The notes below the pieces were generated by a model. That model was not told the DNA's origin and ran no database searches. It saw nothing but the letters and a program-made list of their open reading frames with translations. From positions 1 through 64,000 of IMG/VR virus record IMGVR_UViG_3300042473_001265: a stretch of 64,000 nt of DNA; one strand, given 5' to 3'. This document shows positions 38,686-48,554 of this stretch, piece after piece. Within the stretch, counting starts at the first letter, position 1. The number at the start of each line of letters is the position of its first letter. The position numbers were made by a program, and so were the translations under genes.

Positions 38686-39942
38686 ATGACACAACAATTA
38701 ATTTTTACACTGGATGATTTTCTAGCGCTGTTTACATTCAACAAACAGATTTCTTACGAGGATTTTTGCAAACAACTGTCGGTGTTGGACATCAGTGACA
38801 AAACTGGCAATTTTGCAGTGAGAAGCGATATTGACACATTCATTGATCGTGTGGCAAAGAAAGACAATCGTAAACAACGACTGGATTTGTACAAACAAAA
38901 AATGTACCGGATGCTGGTGCTGGAGCCAGAAAAAGCACTGGCAGAATGGTTCCGTCGTTATGGATCAATGACCAACGATTTGAAATTTTACTTTGACATT
39001 CCCAACAACAACATATTCAACGGAACCACTTTCAGCGGAAGAACAAACAGCAAATACGGCAGAGTTTGTAAAAATATCAATTTTGAAACATTTTACAATA
39101 CCAAAAAACTCTACAACAACGATAGTGAATTTTGTTTTGGACTGCTGAAAATAATGTTTGAACAGTTCAAGATACGAAACAGTCTGGCAGCACCGGCTTT
39201 TTTTGATCATATTTGCAAAATTGACGATGACTACGGACAATTCTGTTTGGACTTTATGATCGGCGCCAACAGGGCCAGCATCTTTAATCCAGCCACCTAC
39301 AAAGGCATAATGGAAAATGTATTCCGTGGTGATACTGTATTTGCTCCGGTGATGGGGTGGAATGCTTATCAGCTGGGATTTTACAGCACCAACTGGAAGA
39401 ATTTTGTTGCCACTGATGTTATTCCTGGTGTGGTTCACAACGGCAATTTGTTGCACACTGAATACAACAGTATTAGAAACAACAGCATGTTTGAACTGCC
39501 AGAAAAAACAGTAGATTTATACCTGTGTCCCAGTGAACAATTGGCCAGCCGGCACCAGTTTGATGTCAAGTATAAAAATCAAGTTGATGCAGTGTTGTTT
39601 TCGCCACCGTATTTTGATTTGGAAATCTACGACAGCAAAGATCAAAGTTTTGCTAACTTTCCCAACTACCAGGATTGGCTAACAGGCTATTGGGAAGAAA
39701 CAGTTAAACTGTGCTGCGAAGTGCTGCGACCCGGTGCCAAGTTTGGCTTTGTCATTTCCAACTATCGAAACAAAGCCAAACAAGAAGTGCAGATCAGCCA
39801 AGACATGCGAGATGTAGTGCTCAAACATTTGCCGCTGAGCTCGCAGTACAGAGTGCAATGGAGCGCCATCAGCGGTACTAGACAGGCCAAGAAAACTGTG
39901 GGTGGAAATTTTGAAGATCTATGGGTTTTTGAAAAGAAATAA
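38686..39942 (+). CDS. DNA amino-methyltransferase (N4C/N6A)
   Basis: Motif I-like FAPVMGW, motif IV FSPPYFDLEIY, LRPG. Confidence 0.75.
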   Translation: MTQQLIFTLDDFLALFTFNKQISYEDFCKQLSVLDISDKTGNFAVRSDIDTFIDRVAKKDNRKQRLDLYKQKMYRMLVLEPEKALAEWFRRYGSMTNDLKFYFDIPNNNIFNGTTFSGRTNSKYGRVCKNINFETFYNTKKLYNNDSEFCFGLLKIMFEQFKIRNSLAAPAFFDHICKIDDDYGQFCLDFMIGANRASIFNPATYKGIMENVFRGDTVFAPVMGWNAYQLGFYSTNWKNFVATDVIPGVVHNGNLLHTEYNSIRNNSMFELPEKTVDLYLCPSEQLASRHQFDVKYKNQVDAVLFSPPYFDLEIYDSKDQSFANFPNYQDWLTGYWEETVKLCCEVLRPGAKFGFVISNYRNKAKQEVQISQDMRDVVLKHLPLSSQYRVQWSAISGTRQAKKTVGGNFEDLWVFEKK

Positions 39943-40000
39943 GTCACTGTTCAATTTGGTGAGTTTTTGGTTACAGTGCGGAATTTGACTAAATAACAGT

Positions 40001-40582
40001 ATGGATTTAAGCGACGAAAAAATATTCAAAGACGGTGCAGATTATTGGCAAGTGGCCGACAATATTCGCGACATTTACATGAGCGAAGGTAGCCTGTTGA
40101 CCCTGCTGGACTTTGAACGGGTACTGGACGAACTGGACATGTATGCATTTCAAAACTGGCAGATTGGCGAACTGGTTTCCGGTCCCGACATTGGCAAATA
40201 CATGGTGACTTGTGTGTTTATGTGGCCGGAAAAGCGCATGCCGGATCCGCGTGGCGCCCTTAGATTGTTGCCGTTTGATTGCACTGTAAAGTTCAAGAAA
40301 ACCACAATGAATATTCCCATGCGCATCGAAGAACCGTCGGATTACCGGCCTGGCACACACAAAGCAAGAATGATGACACAAAAAATTTGGTTGGTTGAAA
40401 TCACCATGCCAAAGAGTTTGATGAGCGATATTCGCACAGGTTCAATTGAAATGGAAGATCAAGATATTGACCTAGCAGATCTAGATGACGCCTACGAGCA
40501 GGATCTAGATCAAGAAGAATACCAAAATGACGGACAAGCACAAGATGCACAAGCAAATCTTCTCCAACAACCAGCTGTCTGA
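40001..40582 (+). CDS. Conserved late phage protein
   Basis: LLDFERVLDELDMYAF.NW..GELV.GP...MPDPRG; TAAATA at 39990. Confidence 0.7.
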   Translation: MDLSDEKIFKDGADYWQVADNIRDIYMSEGSLLTLLDFERVLDELDMYAFQNWQIGELVSGPDIGKYMVTCVFMWPEKRMPDPRGALRLLPFDCTVKFKKTTMNIPMRIEEPSDYRPGTHKARMMTQKIWLVEITMPKSLMSDIRTGSIEMEDQDIDLADLDDAYEQDLDQEEYQNDGQAQDAQANLLQQPAV

Positions 40583-41102
40583 AAGCCTCAGCTTTAAAGA
40601 CATGGAGGGCTTGATGAAGCCCACAGTTCATGTGGACGAATTCAGTTCCAAAATGGGCGACGATGATGATATCATTGTGGTCAGCTTCTTTGTGCGCGAT
40701 GCCACTGCGGCCAAGGATCTGATGGCCTGGTTCGAAAAGGGCTATGACTTTGTGTTGGATGCTGACAAAAGCCCAGGCGAAATCAAGCCCAATCGCTATC
40801 TGGTGTATGTGGAACTACGCAGACGCAGCACAGCAGGCCAGCATGTGGAAACATTGATAAAAGATCTAGACACACTGACCGAATACGAGCCAGACGACTG
40901 GACCATGCACTACAAAGGCAACTCGCAGCCGTTCAGCAGAGACGCATTTGACAACACAGTGCCACTGAGTCCCAAAGCCTACAGAGAACGCTACGAAAAG
41001 GATCTCAACGAAGTGCGTGTGGCCGCTGGCCTACACTACAAGCAGATCTACGAAACTGACGCTGAATTAAAATCCCTACAAATGGCCGCTGGCCTGCGTT
41101 AA
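40545..41102 (+). CDS. Putative virion protein
   Basis: QLSE|SL N-terminal segment; VDEFSSKMG.DDDIIVVSF. Confidence 0.65.
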   Translation: MHKQIFSNNQLSESLSFKDMEGLMKPTVHVDEFSSKMGDDDDIIVVSFFVRDATAAKDLMAWFEKGYDFVLDADKSPGEIKPNRYLVYVELRRRSTAGQHVETLIKDLDTLTEYEPDDWTMHYKGNSQPFSRDAFDNTVPLSPKAYRERYEKDLNEVRVAAGLHYKQIYETDAELKSLQMAAGLR

Positions 41103-41140
41103 TCCAACACACACTGCATAAAGCAGGTATATAATTATCT

Positions 41141-41845
41141 ATGAATCTAAAAAGTTTTGGCTGTAGTTTTATCTATGGCAGTGAATTGAGTGACGAAGTT
41201 TTGTGGGATAAAACTGTTGGCCGCAACCCAAAACACAGTAAATCAACATGGCCAGCACACCTAGCACGCCATTTGAACTATAATTATTTGTGCTACGCAA
41301 GGCCAGGCGCAGGTAATTTACAAATTGCTGAACGAGCACTAACGCATTTGGCCACCAATGAACAGGCATTGTTTGTTATAAATTGGTCGTTCATTGACCG
41401 GTTTGACTATTTCATGCTAGACAATCCAAATAAATTTTATGACAATGAATGGAATGAATGGGCTACGCTTATGCCTATCGACGAAACGGATATATCAAAA
41501 ATTTATTACAAACAGTTGCATTCAGAGCTTCGTGATAAACTAACAACTTTGATGAGCGTCAAGTTAGTGGTGGACACACTTAAACAAAAAAATTGTCCAT
41601 TTATAATGACATACATGGACGACTTGATGTTTGATAAACGGTGGCATACTACTCCAGCAATAACAGATATACAAGACTATATTCGTCCGCACATGACCCA
41701 ATTTGACGGCCTGACCCTACAACAATGGAGCAAAAAAAATGGATACCCTATCACTAGTGTAGGACATCCATTGGAGCAGGCACATGCAGCAGCTGGCCAG
41801 TTAATGATTAAAGTTTTTGATACACAAAATACAAACGATCATTAG
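41141..41845 (+). CDS. SGNH-like protein (paralog of 22441)
   Basis: FGCSFIYG, PGAGN, INWS..DR, HPLEQAH. Confidence 0.65.
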   Translation: MNLKSFGCSFIYGSELSDEVLWDKTVGRNPKHSKSTWPAHLARHLNYNYLCYARPGAGNLQIAERALTHLATNEQALFVINWSFIDRFDYFMLDNPNKFYDNEWNEWATLMPIDETDISKIYYKQLHSELRDKLTTLMSVKLVVDTLKQKNCPFIMTYMDDLMFDKRWHTTPAITDIQDYIRPHMTQFDGLTLQQWSKKNGYPITSVGHPLEQAHAAAGQLMIKVFDTQNTNDH

Positions 41846-42545
41846 CATCGCGTTTGAACTCCAACAATTTTAGATTGTATTTTTCAGCAAACTCATTGGC
41901 TATTTCAAAGTTCCATGGGAATATATCCACATACGGTCCTGTTTTGTGTGTGATGCCGGGATTGGCTCTCAAGTAAAATTTGCCTGCAGGCATGAGCAAG
42001 TTCACACAGTGAGCAAATCGTGCTTCGATCTCATCCCGGCTGTTGAAATTGATAGATCCCAGTGCAATAATATGATCATGACTGCTGGGTTTGACTCGGT
42101 AATCTAAAATATCTACTTCAAAGTCCGCAGCATGATTGTACGGATCGATGCCAATTAAATTGTCAATGCGGCCCTTGAACGGATGATAACCGCAGCCCAC
42201 ATCCAGTACAGATTTGGGATTTTGCTTTTGAATTTCTTCTGCCAGCGCCCAGCCTGTATAGTCGTAGTCACCGGTGCGCGGGCGCCAAATTTCTCTAAAA
42301 AATCGATTGGTATAACGTTCACTCAGTGTGTCCACAATGCTGATCAAGGTGCCGGTGAAATCGCAATCTTCCATGGCCAGTTTTGCTTCCACAGCATCTT
42401 TGAATTTTCTGTAGCGGACTGGTGTCCATGGCAATTGATCCACTACTGTGTTTTCTGTAATGTCTGCACAAATTTTGGAGTACTTGGCTAGATTAAAGGC
42501 AATCTCTAAATTTTCTTTAATTAGATTAAAAATCTTGGTATTCAT
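41808..42545 (-). CDS. Class I SAM-dependent methyltransferase
   Basis: VLDVGCG, GIDP, LGSINF, L.P.G. Confidence 0.75.
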   Translation of the reverse strand: MNTKIFNLIKENLEIAFNLAKYSKICADITENTVVDQLPWTPVRYRKFKDAVEAKLAMEDCDFTGTLISIVDTLSERYTNRFFREIWRPRTGDYDYTGWALAEEIQKQNPKSVLDVGCGYHPFKGRIDNLIGIDPYNHAADFEVDILDYRVKPSSHDHIIALGSINFNSRDEIEARFAHCVNLLMPAGKFYLRANPGITHKTGPYVDIFPWNFEIANEFAEKYNLKLLEFKRDANDRLYFVYQKL

Positions 42546-42642
42546 TAAATTTTTCCGTTGTTTGATAAATAAAATTACAAGGAGATAAAAAATTTCTTAT
42601 CTTGCTGTAATTCATCATAACTATTTAATCAAAGGACCGATC

Positions 42643-43596
42643 ATGAAAAAATTACTAGTATCACTTCTGCTGGCCCCGCTAATGGCGGCAGCTTGGCAAC
42701 CCACCAAGCCCGTCACAGTTGTCTACCCCAATGGACCCGGTGCCGGCAATGAAATATCATTCCGTATTGTGGCTGACATTGTGGAAAGAAAGACCGGTAT
42801 CGTATTCAAGGCAGAACACCGGCCAGGTGCGGATGGCAACATTGCTATCAATCACTTTGTAACAGTGCCGCGAGACGGACATACCATTGCAGTGCCAGCT
42901 TGCCAGTCAAACTGGGTCACACCCGAAGTATGGTATCTCAACATGATCAAGTACAATCCCATGGACCTAGAACCCATTGCCAACATTGCTCGCAGTCCCT
43001 TGGCATTCTGGGCGCATCCTTCGAGCAAGATTAACACCCCTGAAGAATTTGTTGCAGCCATTCGCAATCGGCAAAAAATGTCAGTGGCTATAGGAGGTGG
43101 CGGTCACAAACTGGCAGTGGAATATCTTGTGGACAAAGTAAGTGTACCCGGCAGTGACAACCTGCAAACTATAATGTACAAAGGTCCTGCACAGGCCTTG
43201 CTAGATGTCATGGGCGGGCATGTGGAGTTTGGTGTAACTCCTGTGGCTGTGGGATACCCGCTGGTCAAAGCAGGCAAACTCAAATTCATTGGAATTGCTG
43301 ATACTCAACCACTAGCAGGATTGGAAAATATTCCACTAATGAGCAAGGCTGCACCAGGGCTCAGTATTCATGGCTGCTGGAACATGGTATTACCACCCGG
43401 TACTCCTCAAGAAATACAAACATGGTATCAAGATAATTTTGTTCCTGCTATACGATCAGCCGAAGCTGCGGCCAAGTTTCGAGAAAACATGATGTACACA
43501 ACCCCTGTTGAACATACACCGGCTGGTGTCCGTGCCAGTATGGCACGACTACAACAGACCTGGCAACCAGTTGCTCGACGGATCAAACCCGAATGA
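42643..43596 (+). CDS. Tripartite tricarboxylate transporter substrate-binding protein (Bug/TctC)
   Basis: Signal peptide; P.KPVTVV.P..PG, EHRPGADG.I, DGHT, YKG.A.AL.DVMGGHV, P.GTP. Confidence 0.88.
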   Translation: MKKLLVSLLLAPLMAAAWQPTKPVTVVYPNGPGAGNEISFRIVADIVERKTGIVFKAEHRPGADGNIAINHFVTVPRDGHTIAVPACQSNWVTPEVWYLNMIKYNPMDLEPIANIARSPLAFWAHPSSKINTPEEFVAAIRNRQKMSVAIGGGGHKLAVEYLVDKVSVPGSDNLQTIMYKGPAQALLDVMGGHVEFGVTPVAVGYPLVKAGKLKFIGIADTQPLAGLENIPLMSKAAPGLSIHGCWNMVLPPGTPQEIQTWYQDNFVPAIRSAEAAAKFRENMMYTTPVEHTPAGVRASMARLQQTWQPVARRIKPE

Positions 43597-44219
43597 AGTA
43601 TATTTTTCTAGCTGGTGCGCCGGGTTCTAAATGGAGCAGCGTGAGCAAAAACATCTACTACAGCGCCAGTATCGATCGCTCGGACTATCGTGATGAATGG
43701 ACCTATTGGCATGATGCATCGGGCCAGCGTGAACTCATGCACCTGGGAGCATACTGGGATCCTGGCATGGCATGCCCACTGCCCGAAGATCTCACTGTGT
43801 TGAGCCGTCCGCAGCTTGAAGAAAGTTTTGACTATCCGTTTGATAAAAATGCAACCGGAATACGAATTATCAAGAGCCATATCTTTTGCAACCACATTGA
43901 TTTTCTACGAGCCATATTTCCCGAATCACCCATAGTATTGGTGCAACGCAGTAATGATGCCTGCCTAGGATGGTGGGTCAAATGCGGTCATTTTAACATC
44001 ACATACCCCCGGTATGATAACTACTATGTTGATTTAAAAAACATGGCAGTACAAATCAAACAGCAGAATCACTGCATTGACCAGGTCATAGCTGATAGTC
44101 ACAATCCGCAACAGGTTTCAAACAATCAGCAATTATGCAAGACCTTGGGCATTGCACTGCCGCCAGAAGAACATTGGCAAAATTATGCAGCATCGGACAT
44201 AACAGTAACAGTAATATGA
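43593..44219 (+). CDS. Sulfotransferase-fold protein
   Basis: FLAGAPGSKWS, IIKSH, FPESPIVLVQR pattern. Confidence 0.55.
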   Translation: MKYIFLAGAPGSKWSSVSKNIYYSASIDRSDYRDEWTYWHDASGQRELMHLGAYWDPGMACPLPEDLTVLSRPQLEESFDYPFDKNATGIRIIKSHIFCNHIDFLRAIFPESPIVLVQRSNDACLGWWVKCGHFNITYPRYDNYYVDLKNMAVQIKQQNHCIDQVIADSHNPQQVSNNQQLCKTLGIALPPEEHWQNYAASDITVTVI

Positions 44220-44902
44220 AAAATCAAGCCGAATACAACAGCAGTTGGCAATGGTGTGTTGACCACAGCAATTATCACTTTGACAATCGTCGAGTTGAAA
44301 AAACTGGCGAATGGTTTCAAGTGCTGGGACGCTTTGTAGGTAATTGGACAGACGAAGTACAGCAGGCACAAGGCCAGCCCATTACCTGGGCCACTCGTAA
44401 ATTCTACAGTAATGATGATGACACAGTTAGTCCCATGTTGGCACAGGAGCAAAACGATTTGCGCGACACAGGTGCACCAGTTGATCTGCAATTGACCGAT
44501 GCAGTATTTGACATCAGTGCATTTCCCACACTGACAAAGATGAGCAATTATTTTGGAATAGAAGATCCCAAAATTCGCATGCACTTTCAGCAGCCGGGTC
44601 AAATGTTTAATTTGCATATTGACAAGTTGCAAGAACGCTGTCCCGACAATCCCGAGCGTGTTATCCGTATGAGTGTTATGCTGACAGATTGGGAACCCGG
44701 ACAGTTTTACTTGTATGGTACAACAACCTACTCAAGATGGCGAGCAGGCGATGTGCATGTGTTTGACTGGGCCAATGTTCCGCATGCCACTGCCAATGCC
44801 AGTCGCAGTATGCGTCCAGTATTGCAAGTTACCGGACTCAAAACAGACAAGACTCGAGAAATGTTCAAATTAGCAGGACCACTGGTAACATATCCAGTAT
44901 GA
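44216..44902 (+). CDS. 2OG-Fe(II)/cupin oxygenase-like protein
   Basis: QQPGQMFNLHID...W.AGDV..FDW..VPHATAN....R. Confidence 0.65.
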   Translation: MKNQAEYNSSWQWCVDHSNYHFDNRRVEKTGEWFQVLGRFVGNWTDEVQQAQGQPITWATRKFYSNDDDTVSPMLAQEQNDLRDTGAPVDLQLTDAVFDISAFPTLTKMSNYFGIEDPKIRMHFQQPGQMFNLHIDKLQERCPDNPERVIRMSVMLTDWEPGQFYLYGTTTYSRWRAGDVHVFDWANVPHATANASRSMRPVLQVTGLKTDKTREMFKLAGPLVTYPV

Positions 44903-44927
44903 AAAGACAATTATCAAAGGAGTTAAC

Positions 44928-45782
44928 ATGACACAACGCATATTAGTAATGGGCTTACCAGGTTCGGGCAAAACATTCTTTGCAACCGCACTTAAAAAAT
45001 ATTTAGAAGAAAATTCTAATACACTTACTATGCCAGTGAGTCGTATGGTAAATTTAGAACACCCACCATTGACATACACTAGCAAAGTTGACTGGTTCAA
45101 CGCAGACGAAATTCGCAAACAATACAACGACTGGGACTTCAGTCGCGAAGGCCGTATTAGACAAAGTATTAGAATGTTTGATTTTGCTGTGCGATGTTCC
45201 GGAGACTTTGTAATCTGTGACTTTGTGGCACCGCTGGTGGAGATGAGGAACAACTTCAAAGCTGACTGGACCATATGGATGGACACTATTGATGCTGGCC
45301 GGTTTGAAGATACTAATAAGGCATTTGTTCCACCTGAACAGTACGATTTTAGAATCACAGAACAACATGCTGAAAAATGGGCAGAGTTTGTAGGCGATCA
45401 CATTTTGTATAATCGTAGGAGACCGCGGTTTGACTGGCAACGAGAAACGGTGCAGATGCTGGGCCGCTGGCAACCGTGGCATGCCGGGCATCGAGCCCTG
45501 TTTGAAAGACTAATTGCTCGAACAGGACAGGTTGTTATTCAAGTGCGTGATGTGCAAGGTTGGCAAGGATCTAATCCGTTTGCAATCGAACAGGTCAAGA
45601 ATTTTATACGGCGTGATCTAGATCCATTGTTCCAAGGACAATATGAAATACAAGTGGTGCCCAACATTGTACACATTGGCTGGGGCCGCGGAGTAGGCTA
45701 CACATCAGGTGAAGAAACATTTGACGAAACAGTAACCAGCATCAGCGCTACAAATATCAGAAAAAGTATGGGACTGTCGTGA
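44928..45782 (+). CDS. APS kinase (CysC)-like domain fused to an HxGH nucleotidyltransferase domain
   Basis: GLPGSGKT, DFSREGRIRQ, FVAP, F.PPE; C-terminal LGRWQPWHAGH...NPF...ISAT.IR. Confidence 0.75.
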   Translation: MTQRILVMGLPGSGKTFFATALKKYLEENSNTLTMPVSRMVNLEHPPLTYTSKVDWFNADEIRKQYNDWDFSREGRIRQSIRMFDFAVRCSGDFVICDFVAPLVEMRNNFKADWTIWMDTIDAGRFEDTNKAFVPPEQYDFRITEQHAEKWAEFVGDHILYNRRRPRFDWQRETVQMLGRWQPWHAGHRALFERLIARTGQVVIQVRDVQGWQGSNPFAIEQVKNFIRRDLDPLFQGQYEIQVVPNIVHIGWGRGVGYTSGEETFDETVTSISATNIRKSMGLS

Positions 45783-46216
45783 TTCGATATTTAAATCTTC
45801 CTGCTATCCCTGTTGATATCATGTCTCGGTTAAATCGAGACTTTGGTCAATATAAAACAAAGGCCAATCCATTGAATAAAGTCTATGTGTGGAGTGACGA
45901 TTTTAACGAAGAAGTTAACCGCTGGTGTCAACAAAATATATGCGACACTATGTATTGGGGGTTTCAGATCATGACTGGAGATCAACCAATGCACAAAGAT
46001 AATGTCACACTGACCAAGTTAATTTACTTGATCAACACAGGCGGCGACAATGTTTACACTAGATTTTATGATGATGACAAAAATCTCACACACAGTTATA
46101 AAATTGAATGCAATCGTTGGCATTTGCTCAAAGCAGACAGCTATCACAGTGTTGACGGTGTTGAGTCAGGGCAGACGAGATTCAGTCTGACTGGCAGAAT
46201 ATTCCCGGAAGCATAA
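45779..46216 (+). CDS. Small 2OG-Fe(II)/cupin-like protein
   Basis: HKD...YHSV....R.S. Confidence 0.55.
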   Translation: MIRYLNLPAIPVDIMSRLNRDFGQYKTKANPLNKVYVWSDDFNEEVNRWCQQNICDTMYWGFQIMTGDQPMHKDNVTLTKLIYLINTGGDNVYTRFYDDDKNLTHSYKIECNRWHLLKADSYHSVDGVESGQTRFSLTGRIFPEA

Positions 46217-46264
46217 CCGCAATTGTGTTAAATAACTGAGATACACTATTAGAAAGAGCTTATT

Positions 46265-46432
46265 ATGTCGGAAAACAAACCAACTTTTATACAGGCAATC
46301 AAAGCAGCACAGGCAATTAAAACCAAAATTTCACCTGAAACTGCTGCAACTATACAGCAAACAAAGAAAACACCCAAGTCACAGGTCACCACCAACAAGC
46401 CCACCACAAGAACTACAGGGCGCGGCAGATAA
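46265..46432 (+). CDS. Small basic protein (55 aa)
   Basis: Read manually: MSENKPTFIQAIKAAQ...TTGRGR; TAAATA at 46229. Confidence 0.6.
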   Translation: MSENKPTFIQAIKAAQAIKTKISPETAATIQQTKKTPKSQVTTNKPTTRTTGRGR

Positions 46433-46559
46433 GCTGCTAAATAAACTTAACACGGCCCAAGCCTCTGCGGACTGATCATCCTGGCACGCTTGGGTTTTTC
46501 TACGACTGCACATTTTTGTTGCCTGGATAAATACCAGTATCTAACAAGGTGTCAACACT

Positions 46560-47174
46560 ATGCAAATCAGCACTGCACAACTGCAACAAATCATACCCAG
46601 CAATCCATATGTTTCGCAATGGACCGAAGCACTAAACAAAATCTTACCCGACTACGGCATAGATACTCCGCAGCGAGTCAGCGGATTCTTAGCACAATGC
46701 GCCCATGAAAGTGCAGGGTTTACTGCGCTGAGTGAAAATTTAAACTATCGCAAAGAATCTCTACGCCGTGTTTTTGCCAAATATTTCACCAGTGATTCAG
46801 TGGCCGAACAGTATGCACACAAAGAATCCATGATTGCCAACCGTGTGTATGCCAACAGAATGGGCAATGGTGACGAAGCATCTGGTGACGGATATCGCTA
46901 TTGCGGTCGTGGCCTAATTCAGCTCACAGGCAAAGACAACTATCAAGCATTTGCCGAAAGTGTAGAAATGGCTGTGGAAGATGTGCCAGCATATCTGGCC
47001 ACATTTGAAGGTGCAGTGCAAAGTGCCTGTTGGTTCTGGGAAACAAATAATCTAAACCAATGGGCTGACAAGGGCGATATTGTTACACTGACCAAACGCA
47101 TCAACGGCGGCACCATTGGTCTAGAAGATCGCATCAAGCACTACGAACACGCACTGCATGTACTAGGACTATAA
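46560..47174 (+). CDS. Endolysin, glycoside hydrolase family 19
   Basis: FLAQCAHES.GF..L.ENLNY, RMGNG...GDG.RY.GRGLIQLTGK.NY, TKRINGG..GL..R. Confidence 0.92.
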   Translation: MQISTAQLQQIIPSNPYVSQWTEALNKILPDYGIDTPQRVSGFLAQCAHESAGFTALSENLNYRKESLRRVFAKYFTSDSVAEQYAHKESMIANRVYANRMGNGDEASGDGYRYCGRGLIQLTGKDNYQAFAESVEMAVEDVPAYLATFEGAVQSACWFWETNNLNQWADKGDIVTLTKRINGGTIGLEDRIKHYEHALHVLGL

Positions 47175-47175
47175 C

Positions 47176-47658
47176 ATGTGGTTACTGCATTTCTTTTCAG
47201 ACAGTTTTTTACAGTTCGTAGTCAATGCAGTATTAATAACTGGCGCCGTTAGCACAGTTTTATTCTGTTTCTTTCTCAATAAGATTTTACAATTTTTTCC
47301 GCCATTGGCGCCATACTACAAAGCATTGCAAATTGGCAGTATAGTTGTGCTGTTGGCTGGCGTGTACTTTAAAGGTGGCTACACTACTGAAATGATCTGG
47401 CGTGACAAGGTAAAAGAAGTAGAAGCCAAGTTAGCTGCGGCCGAAGCTGAAAGCAAAAAAGAAACTGTAAAAATTGTAGAACGAGTTGTCAAGAAAACCG
47501 AAGTTGTTCAGCGGCGTGGTCAAGATGTTGTTCAATATATTGATCGAGAAGTTGTCAAGTATGATACAAAATTTTTACCTGGTGGTGTATGTGAAATACC
47601 TAAAGAATTTGTCAAAGCACACAATGACTCTGCTACTCCGGTTGAGGCAAAGAAATGA
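47176..47658 (+). CDS. Putative inner-membrane spanin (Rz-like)
   Basis: TM helices, coiled coil and C-terminal Cys; follows the endolysin. Confidence 0.6.
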   Translation: MWLLHFFSDSFLQFVVNAVLITGAVSTVLFCFFLNKILQFFPPLAPYYKALQIGSIVVLLAGVYFKGGYTTEMIWRDKVKEVEAKLAAAEAESKKETVKIVERVVKKTEVVQRRGQDVVQYIDREVVKYDTKFLPGGVCEIPKEFVKAHNDSATPVEAKK

Positions 47659-47924
47659 AATATCTATTATTACTATCAGTAGTACTATTACAGGCCTGTG
47701 GCACAACAGTGCCAGTCTCTGCAAAATTTCCCGACGCCCCGGGCGCGATTGCAACACAAACATGCCCTGCATTACAGCAACTACCGCAGGATCCCAAACT
47801 AAGCGAAGTATCTAAAACAATCACCATCAACTATACCACATACTATGAATGTGCAGTCAAAGTCGATGCCTGGAATGATTGGTATAAAATACAAAAAAAT
47901 ATTTTTGAAAAGGCAGCAAAATGA
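47655..47924 (+). CDS. Putative outer-membrane spanin lipoprotein (Rz1-like)
   Basis: Lipobox LQAC; Pro-rich; follows the Rz-like gene. Confidence 0.65.
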   Translation: MKYLLLLSVVLLQACGTTVPVSAKFPDAPGAIATQTCPALQQLPQDPKLSEVSKTITINYTTYYECAVKVDAWNDWYKIQKNIFEKAAK

Positions 47925-48418
47925 GTGAAGAACTAAAAAGCGCAAGCGAAACAAAAAAAGAAGACTGGATGAACTCAAAATGGCGTCCAGCCATGGGTTG
48001 GATGTACATGCTGACCTGTGTGACTGACTTTGTAATATTCCCAATTCTGTGGAGCCTGCTGCAGACCTTACTCAAACAACCTGTTACTCAGTGGAGTCCA
48101 TTGACACTGCAAGGTGCAGGACTATTTCACCTGGCCATGGGCGCGGTGCTAGGGGTTGCTGCATATGGTCGTACACAAGAAAAACTTGGTGGAGCCAACA
48201 ATGGCGGAATACAAACACCACCAACAGGCTTTTCGCCTGGGCTTACAACAACCAGCACACCATCAACAGGATTTGGTGCCACTACTGGGGGCTTTGGCCC
48301 TCATGCACCCAGCACAAGTTTTGCACCAGCCCCTAGCTGGGGTACAACTCCGGTCTCAACAGCACCATCACAGACATTTGGATCTGGGCCGGCGCCTGCA
48401 CAAAAACCTGAACTTTAA
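47921..48418 (+). CDS. Putative holin (3TM/GTA-holin-like)
   Basis: WRPAMGWMY...TM...LGVAAYGRTQEK. Confidence 0.6.
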   Translation: MSEELKSASETKKEDWMNSKWRPAMGWMYMLTCVTDFVIFPILWSLLQTLLKQPVTQWSPLTLQGAGLFHLAMGAVLGVAAYGRTQEKLGGANNGGIQTPPTGFSPGLTTTSTPSTGFGATTGGFGPHAPSTSFAPAPSWGTTPVSTAPSQTFGSGPAPAQKPEL

Positions 48419-48430
48419 AAGGAACTTAAT

Positions 48431-48553
48431 ATGTTAGATACATTATTTTGGATAGCAGTAGGAGCATTCGTAGGATGGAATTTTCCGCAGCCTTTCTGGG
48501 CAAAGATTATTCAAGAAAAAATTCAAGCCATGATAGCCAAGAAGGGAGCATAA
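48431..48553 (+). CDS. Small membrane protein
   Basis: Read manually: MLDTLFWIAVGAFVGWNFPQPFWAK; AAGGA RBS. Confidence 0.6.
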   Translation: MLDTLFWIAVGAFVGWNFPQPFWAKIIQEKIQAMIAKKGA

Positions 48554-48554
48554 C

